Position numbers and translations under genes: made by a program. 55,521 nt of DNA from contig JBEKHC010000022.1 in assembly GCA_050012475.1 (NCBI GenBank), forward strand, positions 1 to 55,521, read 5' to 3'. How positions within the stretch are numbered: the stretch's first letter is position 1; each line of letters starts with the position of its first letter. Source of the stretch: Candidatus Velthaea sp. (GTDB lineage Bacteria > Vulcanimicrobiota > Vulcanimicrobiia > Vulcanimicrobiales > Vulcanimicrobiaceae). Positions 37,504-45,778 of this stretch are shown here, in pieces. The notes beneath the pieces were generated by a model. That model did not search any database. It saw nothing but the letters and a program-made list of their open reading frames with translations, and was not told the origin of the DNA.

Positions 37504-39796
37504 CGTGCGGCGGGTGTTGCCGGCGGTCGGCTTGGTGCTGGCGTTGGCGCTGCCGTTCGGCGCCGCCGGCGCGTCGGCGGCCGAACCGCTCGACGCACGC
37601 GTGCTCGTCGTCGATGCGGCCGGCATGCCCGCTCCGGGTGTCGACGTGTTCGCGCGCGAAAAGGGCACGCTCGTTTCGCTCGGACGCACCGATGCAAGCG
37701 GCGTGCTTACCGTGCACGTCGCGTCGGGCGAGTCGCTCGTGGCGCGCATCGGCAGCCGAACGTCGGCGCCGGTTGCGCTCACCGCTCGTCAAGCACGCAT
37801 CGTTTTGCCGGTCGCGAAGATCGGGACGGTGCGCGCGCACAACGACCGCGATGGCGAGCCGACGGTCACCAGCGAGAGTCCGAGCGCGATCGTTTTCGAC
37901 GACCTTGCATTGGCGCGCACGCTGGTGCCCAACTACCGTTCGCGCGCCGAAGGCGGCTCGGGGCATCAAATGCTCAACGGCGTTCCCCTCGACCTCCCCA
38001 GCGGTCCGCGGACCGACGCGTCCGATGAACCGGGCGTGCCCAGCGATCTCATCGAGTCGTTCAACGCGACGCAGGCCGACGACGGAACCGTGACGCCGAA
38101 CTACCATTTGCTCGCGCCGACGCCGCATCTCGCGATGCGCTTCGGCAGCGGTCTGAGCGCGTTCGACGGATCGTTGTGGAAAGCGGGAGTTTCGGGAACG
38201 GTGCACGGCTTGGGCTTCGCGGTTGCGGCGGCGACCGGCGGCGACGACGGTCCGCTTGCCGGCGCTACGCTCGTCGATGCCAGCGGCGCCGGCTACGATC
38301 ATTCCACGCATGCGCGTCACACCGACGTCTCATTCTCGTTCAGCCACGGCGTCGGATCGACCCAAATCAATGCCGCCGGCTTCAGCTCCCGGCAGCGCGG
38401 CGACGACATTGCTTTGAGCCTGCCGGGGACGCTGCTCGACGGCATCGGTCCGGGCAACGTCACCACTAAAACGTCCTCGTTCGAGTACGTCATCGCGATG
38501 CAGACGCACGGCCGCGATTCCTACCATCTGCTCGATGCGCGCTTTGCGGGCGGCAGTGCCGATGACGCGCCCGCGGCACTGGTGGACGGCGTGTCGGCCG
38601 GCTATACATCGGGCTATCGTTATTTTGGGAATTACGACGAGTTTGCGTTCACCCGCGCGTTCGGCCCCGCGTCGCTGACGCTCAAATCCACGTTCACCCA
38701 AACGGCGACGACGGGCTACGTTGCGACACCTTCGTTCGCCGCACAAGTGCCGGCGCATAATGGTCTAGCGACGCTGGGGCTCGATTACGAGCGTTCTACG
38801 GGATCCCACGGCTACGGTTTCGCGCTGGACGATGCGCAGCGCTCGGGTTCGTTCGCGGGCACCGACCTCGAAGCGCGCGCGCACGTCAAGACGATGCTCG
38901 CCGGGACGGCTCTGCAGCTTTCCGCTTCGCGCGCGCAAACGCAAGTGCAAGAAGCCTACAGCGCCGGTGCTTACGAGTTCGGCGCGCCATCGGCGGCGAC
39001 GATCACTTGCAGCCCGCCCTCGGCGACGGTCGTCGGTCCGGCCGGCGCGCTGGGAAGCCATCCGACGGCCGACACGCTGGACCTGCATCTGCGACGGCGG
39101 TTGGCGAACGAGGCGACGTTGAGCGCCGGCGGATTCGTGTCCGCCGGCCGCGACGGCCTGGTGTTCCCCGCCTCCGCACTGGGCGCCACGCTCGATCCCG
39201 CCTACCGCGCGCAGGTCGCCTCCGATGTCGCGCTGTTGTGCCCCGGGCGCACGCTCGGCGCCGCCGACTTATTCGTCCAGCGCTACGAAAGCGTTCCGCG
39301 CCTATCGGGGCGCGAATGGTTCGTCGATGCGACGTTGCCGCTGGGCGCCTTGCGCGCCGAAGCGACGTACGAAACGTATAGCTTGACCGCGCCGCAACTG
39401 CCCGCCGATCTCGCCGGCATCCCGAGCACGCTGGTGGCGGGCGCGCAAGTGCCGGGCGTTCCGCTCCATCGCGCGAACCTGCTGCTCTCGTACCGGCGGC
39501 TGCGCTTCGTCGCTGCGGCCGCGCTGCAATACACTTCAGACAACAACGTCGACGCCTTGCCCGGTCATGTCACCGTCGCCGCCGGTTTGCAACTTCCGGC
39601 GGGGCCCGGCGTCGTCGCGTTCGCCGCGCAAAATCTGTTCGGCGCATACAGCGGAACGTACGTTTCGCCGATGTTTGCCGTCCCGCTCGCGACGTCGAGC
39701 GGCGTGCTGCCGACGTTGGCGATTCCGCTTCGTCCGGCGTGGTCGCTGCGTTACACCCTCCCGCTCGGACCTTCATCGCTCGCCACGCGTCAGTAA
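37481..39796 (+). CDS. TonB-dependent receptor-like outer-membrane protein
   Basis: Signal peptide; N-terminal VVDAAGMPAPGVDV..TDASG (carboxypeptidase-regulatory-like); beta-strand patterning; GAQVPGVPLHRANL, NLFGAY and terminal WSLRYTL strand. No C-terminal Phe. Confidence 0.55.
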   Translation: MRAATIADVRRVLPAVGLVLALALPFGAAGASAAEPLDARVLVVDAAGMPAPGVDVFAREKGTLVSLGRTDASGVLTVHVASGESLVARIGSRTSAPVALTARQARIVLPVAKIGTVRAHNDRDGEPTVTSESPSAIVFDDLALARTLVPNYRSRAEGGSGHQMLNGVPLDLPSGPRTDASDEPGVPSDLIESFNATQADDGTVTPNYHLLAPTPHLAMRFGSGLSAFDGSLWKAGVSGTVHGLGFAVAAATGGDDGPLAGATLVDASGAGYDHSTHARHTDVSFSFSHGVGSTQINAAGFSSRQRGDDIALSLPGTLLDGIGPGNVTTKTSSFEYVIAMQTHGRDSYHLLDARFAGGSADDAPAALVDGVSAGYTSGYRYFGNYDEFAFTRAFGPASLTLKSTFTQTATTGYVATPSFAAQVPAHNGLATLGLDYERSTGSHGYGFALDDAQRSGSFAGTDLEARAHVKTMLAGTALQLSASRAQTQVQEAYSAGAYEFGAPSAATITCSPPSATVVGPAGALGSHPTADTLDLHLRRRLANEATLSAGGFVSAGRDGLVFPASALGATLDPAYRAQVASDVALLCPGRTLGAADLFVQRYESVPRLSGREWFVDATLPLGALRAEATYETYSLTAPQLPADLAGIPSTLVAGAQVPGVPLHRANLLLSYRRLRFVAAAALQYTSDNNVDALPGHVTVAAGLQLPAGPGVVAFAAQNLFGAYSGTYVSPMFAVPLATSSGVLPTLAIPLRPAWSLRYTLPLGPSSLATRQ

Positions 39797-39809
39797 GGAT
39801 TGGTCGAAA

Positions 39810-40478
39810 ATGTCGTTGTGCCGTGTTTCATCGTTCTTGGTCGCTGTGTTCGCGCCGTTGGTGCTCGCTGCGGCCGGCCCAAATGCGCTCATTCTCGGTC
39901 CCACGAGTGAGGGGGCCGCGCAATACCACTTATCGTTCGACGGTCATCTATGGAATGGCGCGCACAAAGTGTACGAGCATCAGATCTCGTTGCGGCCGGC
40001 CAGCGGCGCGGCCGAGCTGCAAGCGACCGTCGACGAACAAGAGTCCGGCAAACGCTTCGACCTGACCGTCAAACGCGACCCAGACGGGGTGCTCGTGTCG
40101 CCCGATCCGCACGCACAATTCAGCGCCTACAACGCGGTTGCGCGCGTGGCCGCTGCGGCTCCGGCGAAGCTCGCGGCGGGAACGGCATGGGATGCGCAAG
40201 TACCGGTCGACATCGGCGACGCGCTCTCCGTGAGCGTGCCGGTTCATGCCTGGGTCGTGAATATCGACGGCGGCCGAACCACCATCCAGGGTACGGGTTC
40301 GCTCGAGACCACCGTCACCTACAGCGGCTTCACCGTGCCGATCGATCTGTCGATCCGCTTGGCGTCGGCGTTCGCTGACGGCACGTTCGTCCGGGCCGAC
40401 TCGGCGGCCAAGGAAGTCATCCACGCCGGTCCGCAGATGCAAACGCTTGATTGGACCTGGTCGCTGACGCGCACGTGA
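39810..40478 (+). CDS. Secreted hypothetical protein B (paralogue of 31490-32167)
   Basis: Signal-like N-terminus; shares motifs with protein A (FxGH, AWxxQxPV, ETxxxxSGFTxPxD). Confidence 0.8.
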   Translation: MSLCRVSSFLVAVFAPLVLAAAGPNALILGPTSEGAAQYHLSFDGHLWNGAHKVYEHQISLRPASGAAELQATVDEQESGKRFDLTVKRDPDGVLVSPDPHAQFSAYNAVARVAAAAPAKLAAGTAWDAQVPVDIGDALSVSVPVHAWVVNIDGGRTTIQGTGSLETTVTYSGFTVPIDLSIRLASAFADGTFVRADSAAKEVIHAGPQMQTLDWTWSLTRT

Positions 40479-42163
40479 AGGCCTTCGCGCGCCGGCTGCT
40501 TGTCGTCGTCTTGTGTTGCGCGCTCGGCGGCGGGGCAGCAGCGGCGTCGGATGTGCCGCCGCTGGTGGACGACGCGCGTTTGCGCAACGCGCAAACCGAT
40601 GACGGTTGGCTCATGTACCGGCGCACCTACGATGCGCAGGGCTTCGCGCCGTTCGATCAGATCGACGCCGGCAACGTCGCGCAGCTGCGACCGGTGTTCA
40701 GCTATCCCACCGGATTGCCGCAGGGCCACGAAGCCGCGCCGCTGGTCAACGGCCATGTCCTCTACTTCACCACGCCGATGGACCACGTGGTGGCGCTCGA
40801 CGCGACGACCGGTCGCGAGCTGTGGACGTACGAGCACCCGTTTCCGCCGAAAACGCTGCGCACGGTGTGCTGCGACGTCGTCAATCGCGGTCTGGCGATC
40901 TACGGCGGGCTGCTGTATTTGGCGACGCTCGACGATCACGTGGTCGCACTCGACGCCCAGACCGGCGCGGTGGTGTGGAATAGGACGGTCGCCGAAAGCG
41001 GGATCGGCTATGCCATGACGTCCGCACCGCTGGTGGTCGGCGGACGCGTCATCGTCGGGATTTCCGGCGGCGAGTACGGCGCGCCCGGTTTCATCAGCGC
41101 GTTCGACGCACGGACCGGAGCGACGCTGTGGACCACGCCCACCACGCCGGCTTCGCACGAGCCGGGCAGCGAAACGTGGCCAGCCGGCCGGCCGGCGCGC
41201 GGCGCGGGTCCCTGGCTGACCGGATCGTACGACCCCGAAACCGACACCCTGTACTGGGGCACCGGAAATCCGTCGCCGTGGCGCGCCGACGTGCGCCCCG
41301 GTGCGAATCTGTTCAGCGACTGCGTGCTGGCTCTCGACCCGAGCACCGGCAAACGGAAGTGGTATTTTCAGTTCACGCCCAACGACGAGTGGGACTACGA
41401 CGGCGTCAACGAAAACGTGCTGGCCGATATCACCTACAAGAGCAATCGTGTGCGCGCGTTGCTGCACGCCGACCGCAACGGACAATTCGTCGTCCTCGAT
41501 CGGGTGAGCGGTGCGTTCCTTTACGCGACGCCGTTAGTGAAGAGTACCGCCGTGCTCGGCTACGATGCGCGCGGCAATGCACGCATCGATCCCGCTGCGC
41601 GCCTGCGCGGCAACGGGCCGGCCCACGTCTGCCCGAGTTCGATCGGCGGCAAGAACTGGTGGCCCAGCGCGTACGATCCGGTGTTGGGCCGGCTGTACGT
41701 GCCGCTGTCGCACATGTGTATGTCGATGACCAAGACAACTCTCGAAGACCGTGTCGGCGCGCCATATCTCGGTGTGTATTCGCGCCTGGTCCCCGAGCCC
41801 GGCAGCGGCGGCTTCGGCGAGGTGGCGGCGCTCGACGTTTCGACCGGCGCGCGCGTGTGGTCGCACACCTACGGTTTGCCGTGGAACGATGGCATGCTCG
41901 CGACCGGAGGCAACCTCGTTTTCAGCGGCTCGGCCGACGGCTATTTTCGCGCTTTCGACGCCCGCAGCGGCGACGTGTTATGGAACGCGAAGACGGATTC
42001 GGGGATCATCGGCGTCCCGATCGCGTATCGCGTCGACGGGAAGGAATACGTCGCGGTGCTCGCCGGTTGGGGCGGCGGCGTTGCGCTCTTCGGTGGTCCG
42101 GCGGCGACGGCCACCCAAAACATCCCGCGCGGGGGTCGCCTGTACGTTTACAGCTTACCGTAA
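40475..42163 (+). CDS. Periplasmic PQQ-dependent alcohol dehydrogenase (ExaF/PedH-like) with lanthanide-type DYD motif
   Basis: Signal peptide, vicinal CCDVVNRG, GGEYG, WGTGNPSPW, NDEWDYDGVNE (motif at 41390-41413), GGKNW; GTGA overlap with protein B. Confidence 0.88.
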   Translation: MKAFARRLLVVVLCCALGGGAAAASDVPPLVDDARLRNAQTDDGWLMYRRTYDAQGFAPFDQIDAGNVAQLRPVFSYPTGLPQGHEAAPLVNGHVLYFTTPMDHVVALDATTGRELWTYEHPFPPKTLRTVCCDVVNRGLAIYGGLLYLATLDDHVVALDAQTGAVVWNRTVAESGIGYAMTSAPLVVGGRVIVGISGGEYGAPGFISAFDARTGATLWTTPTTPASHEPGSETWPAGRPARGAGPWLTGSYDPETDTLYWGTGNPSPWRADVRPGANLFSDCVLALDPSTGKRKWYFQFTPNDEWDYDGVNENVLADITYKSNRVRALLHADRNGQFVVLDRVSGAFLYATPLVKSTAVLGYDARGNARIDPAARLRGNGPAHVCPSSIGGKNWWPSAYDPVLGRLYVPLSHMCMSMTKTTLEDRVGAPYLGVYSRLVPEPGSGGFGEVAALDVSTGARVWSHTYGLPWNDGMLATGGNLVFSGSADGYFRAFDARSGDVLWNAKTDSGIIGVPIAYRVDGKEYVAVLAGWGGGVALFGGPAATATQNIPRGGRLYVYSLP

Positions 42164-42190
42164 TTTGGGGGCCGGTTCGGCATGCCGGCG

Positions 42191-42241
42191 AAGCAGCGTC
42201 GGCGGGTATCGCACCGGAGCGATCGCCCGCCGCCGCTGTTT
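42191..42241. terminator. Long GC-rich stem-loop between the convergent PQQ-DH and precursor genes
   Basis: AAGCAGCG-T-CGGCGGG-T-ATCGC / ACCGGA loop / GCGAT-CG-CCCGCCG-C-CGCTGTTT. Confidence 0.6.
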
Positions 42242-42247
42242 GCGTGT

Positions 42248-42406
42248 TTAGAAAACGCTGTGGCAGCAGCAGCAGGATGAACTGCTGCAGCAGCTGCTCG
42301 CAGCGCGGCCGCGCGTTTGGGGTTCCGAGCTCATGACGGTGACGACGAGATCGTCGAAATCGTCGACGAATTCGGGCGTGATCGTATCGGTGACTTGTTC
42401 GCTCAC
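42248..42406 (-). CDS. RiPP precursor peptide, 52 aa: MSEQVTDTITPEFVDDFDDLVVTVMSSEPQTRGRAASSCCSSSSCCCCHSVF
   Basis: AGAAAGG RBS 7 nt before GTG, acidic leader, Ser/Cys-rich C-terminus and TAA stop. Adjacent to the YcaO/SagB/LanB cluster and below the ORF-track size cutoff. Confidence 0.92.
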   Translation of the reverse strand: MSEQVTDTITPEFVDDFDDLVVTVMSSEPQTRGRAASSCCSSSSCCCCHSVF

Positions 42407-42984
42407 GGTGGTGCCTTTCTGTAACGGCCGTCGAGTGACGGGGATGGTGCACGCCCGCGAGCAGGAGGCCGCACGACGGACGCACCTTGAGACTACGGCA
42501 GCCGGCGAGGCCGTGTCTCATATCCGACTTTGGGTAGGCGCCGGGTGAACCGCGTGGTGAGACGCAATCGTTTGTCGCGCCGTCAAAGCTGGGCTCCGTT
42601 GCGAAAGCAGCTTTTCATCCGCTCCCTAACGTACCGGTTCTCGTCGAAATGCTCGCGTCACAAAGCGCCGATCCGAGAAGCGGTTAGTAGCGAGAAGCGT
42701 CTAAGCGGCAGGTCCGGTCGATGCTCGGATGTGCGTGGGGCGGAACGGCTCCCGGCCGCGAGCGACCGTCCGGTCCGACCGTCGGTGCAGCGGGCGGCAT
42801 CAACGACTTATCTAACTTCGCGCGCTGGCTCGCGCGCGCTACGGGTTCGGCACCCAGCAAGTTTCGCTGCGCAGAGATAGGATCTCTAGTCCTTTTGAAT
42901 TGCCGAGCGCGAGTACGGCCTGCGATGGAATCGAACTGCAGGCGGCTACAACCGACGAGAACGATCAGGCGGGATGATTGGCGA

Positions 42985-43740
42985 ATGCAGCTCCTCATGT
43001 CGTCGCGGCCTTCCGCAGTCGGTATTGACGTAACCACGCGGCTCCTGGACTTTGCTATCGTCACGTTCGCCGTCGACCCGAGCCGGCTGGCGGCGCTGCT
43101 TCCGTCCGATTTCGAGCCCGAGGTCGTGACGTTGCGTGATGGTTCGCAACGCGCTTTGATCTCGGCGGTCCCCTTCCGCGACGACGACTTTCGGATGTCG
43201 TCTTTGCCGTGGCTGCGGCTCGCGTTCAATCAGATCAACTACCGCGCGTACGTTCGGTATCGCGGCGACCGGGTCGTCTGGTTCTTTGGAACGATGCTCG
43301 CGTCGCCCCTCGTCGCTGTCCCTCGGTACGCATGGCGGCTGCCATGGCACGCTGCGCACATCGCTCTTGCCGCTCGATGGAATGACGGAGTTTGCACCGA
43401 CTATGCGCTCGACGCCGGCGGCGCTTGGGGAACGGCGAGCCTGCGCTGCGTGGGGACGACTCAAGCCATGGGACGCCTTGATGGTTTCGGCGATTCCGAG
43501 CAGACGGGTCTCATTTTGACTCATCCGCTGCGAGGATACTACTGCCGCCGTGACGGTAAGCTCGGATCGTATGCGATCTGGCACGAACGCCTGAACATGT
43601 CGCGTGCGGTTGCTCAGATCGCACGCTTTTCGGTATTCGAGAACCTCGGCTTAACGACACCGCAGGACGCCGTGCATTCAGTCCTGCTGCAGCGTGAAAC
43701 GGAATTCATCATCAAACTTCCGCCCAAAGCCATTCGCTGA
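42985..43740 (+). CDS. DUF2071 (YqjF-like) protein
   Basis: VDPSRLAALLP, ISAVPF, FNQINYRAYV, VWFFG, WRLPW. Start codon approximate. Confidence 0.75.
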   Translation: MQLLMSSRPSAVGIDVTTRLLDFAIVTFAVDPSRLAALLPSDFEPEVVTLRDGSQRALISAVPFRDDDFRMSSLPWLRLAFNQINYRAYVRYRGDRVVWFFGTMLASPLVAVPRYAWRLPWHAAHIALAARWNDGVCTDYALDAGGAWGTASLRCVGTTQAMGRLDGFGDSEQTGLILTHPLRGYYCRRDGKLGSYAIWHERLNMSRAVAQIARFSVFENLGLTTPQDAVHSVLLQRETEFIIKLPPKAIR

Positions 43741-44093
43741 ATGCTCAGCGGTCTTCCGTAGATCAACGAAGTGCCCTTTGCCACCGCGACCCCGCAGGTC
43801 TCGAAACGGACATGGGCTGGCGGGTGCGATTCTTCGATCCAACACCATTCATGGTACACGGCACCCGGTCGCAAGCTCCTCTCGACCTCAATCGTGAGCC
43901 CGGGTGCCGCACTGCGGGTCTGGCAGATGCTCAATTGGACTCGATCGTCAGCGGTGGAAGGGCGCCGCCGAGTGCCTCGGTTGCAGTGCCGCCGCATCGT
44001 CGTAAGTAACAGCGGCAGGTTCGGTGCGGGAGGTTGCCCCCGACGGTCTCCACCTGGCGAATGTTTCGTACAAGCCGCTGCACGCTCTGTTGC

Positions 44094-44648
44094 TCAGAAG
44101 TGTTTCGACATGTGGGTCTGCCCGAGTTCGCGGTTTGCGTTCGGGGTTAGCCGCGGCGTCGATTCAGCCTGATTTTGCTCCAAGATAGCGTTGACCGCGG
44201 AGGTGGATTGGACGTTGGGTTTCGCGGAAACCCATTGCGGCTTAGCTTTACCCGGTTGAACTTCGTCCGCCGACCGCGGCCCGTTCTGATCGCGATGTTG
44301 CGTCGGGTCCTTGAGAATGGCTTGCGCTTCCGCGACGGTTGCGAACTCAGACTTTGCGTCCTGAAGCGACATCGGAGCTCCGCAATCGAATCGGATATTG
44401 GGAGGAGTGATGAGCGTCGGCCGCTGCCGGGGCGCGCGGACGTTGGTCTGGTCTTCGCTGCTGAGCTTGGCTTGAGCCGCTTCTCGGGAGATCAATCCTT
44501 CTGGCTGGTATTTGGGAAGCGCATCGTGCCGGGTGGTAGAATTCGAATCGCCCTTTCGGAGATCGTGTGGGCTACCAATCTGCATCTGGTCTGCCTGCGT
44601 CTGGTCTTCAGGCTTCTTGGAAAACATCTTCGTAAAACGTTCGAACAT
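44094..44648 (-). CDS. Hypothetical hydrophilic protein
   Basis: AAGGAA RBS before MFERFTKMFSKK; 184 aa; no recognised domain. Confidence 0.55.
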   Translation of the reverse strand: MFERFTKMFSKKPEDQTQADQMQIGSPHDLRKGDSNSTTRHDALPKYQPEGLISREAAQAKLSSEDQTNVRAPRQRPTLITPPNIRFDCGAPMSLQDAKSEFATVAEAQAILKDPTQHRDQNGPRSADEVQPGKAKPQWVSAKPNVQSTSAVNAILEQNQAESTPRLTPNANRELGQTHMSKHF

Positions 44649-44959
44649 CGCGGATTTCCTTCTCGCGCCTAGGCGCGTCACCGTCACACGGTATCAGGCT
44701 GAGCGTCTGAAGTGCGTCCGTATTTCGTCCGAATGATAGGTCGGGTCAGCTAAAGCACAAAAACGAAACGACGGGCAGGGGCTGGGCGAATTCGAAGCGG
44801 ATTGGGCTGAGTGATAGCTCGTTTCGTCAACGAGCTTTCGCCATGCCGTCGGTCGCAATGGGGTACGCACCGCGTATGTCGGATTAGCAAGTGGGCTCGT
44901 ACGTTCTCGCTCTCTGCCGCGTGGCTTCGTCGCACTGGTTCATCATTCGCGGAATTGGC

Positions 44960-45394
44960 ACACCCGAACCGGACGCTTTATCGTGCTCTGTTTGCTCTTT
45001 GACTTTCTTCGGAAAGTTCGCGCGCCCATAGCCTGTCGTCGACGCCTTCGCGCGCCTGGGTATTGCCATCGCCGCAGCGACGACGATCGGGCTCCTGCTC
45101 GCAATCTGCACCGCGTTCTACATGATGCCGCGCACGCGTCTGCTCGGAACCCCGCTGCTGCCTGGCTGGCTGGGCGGCGCTGTCGCGATTCAACTCCGCG
45201 CCGGCAGTCCCGGTTTCGAAGTACCGTTCCCCATCGGCTTCGCGCTGCTCGCCCGGGCGCCGGTCTATCTGCTTGATGCCCGCGCACGCCATCTCATTCC
45301 GCTCGCGAAGAAGGCCGCTCGGGAGATCGCTACCGACCATTCCACAGCGACCTCGACGCCGTCGGGGCGCATAGTCCAAGACCGGGGTTCGTGA
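44960..45394 (+). pseudogene. DoxX-family membrane protein pseudogene
   Basis: Fragments LLFD / GKFARP*PVVDAFARLG..IGLLLAICTAFYMMPRTRLLG..GWLGGAVAIQLRAGSP with a frameshift and an in-frame TAG. Confidence 0.65.
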
Positions 45395-45778
45395 CGTCGG
45401 AGATGCGGCCGGGGCGCGCGCGCTGCTGCACGATCCCGTCCTGCACGGAAGCGTCAGCGCCGCGCAGCGCCCGGACGGGAGCGCGCGTCGATTAGCGGCC
45501 GTCTCTTAGCGGCCGCACGGACGGGTATCGCCAAAGTCCTGCCGCGAATCATGAAGTAATGGCGCCCGTCGTCGCGCCAGTGCAGGTGCAAGGCTGTCTG
45601 GTGGTTATCGGGCAACACCGTGAGGCGAGGGCTTTGCTCTTCATAGCAGCTGACGGCGCGACGCCGGTTCAGTGTTCAGACGATGTCGCCACGATGCTCG
45701 ACGGATGCCTTCGCTTTCTGAATATGGCGCGAGGTTGCGTGCCTGGTCTTCTCGTTCGCGATCGCGGCGATCCCGATC

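Noticed and set aside
42253..42304. GCA/CAG triplet-like repeat as a microsatellite
   Set aside because: Explained by the Ser/Cys codons (AGC/TGC) of the precursor core on the minus strand.
25341..42406. Calling the cluster a canonical thiopeptide or class I lanthipeptide
   Set aside because: No separate pyridine synthase and no LanC are visible in the window, so only azole and dehydration chemistry is supported.
42006..42521. 171-aa minus-strand ORF covering the precursor locus
   Set aside because: Wrong frame (Arg/His-rich, no RBS). The RBS-supported frame is the 52-aa precursor.
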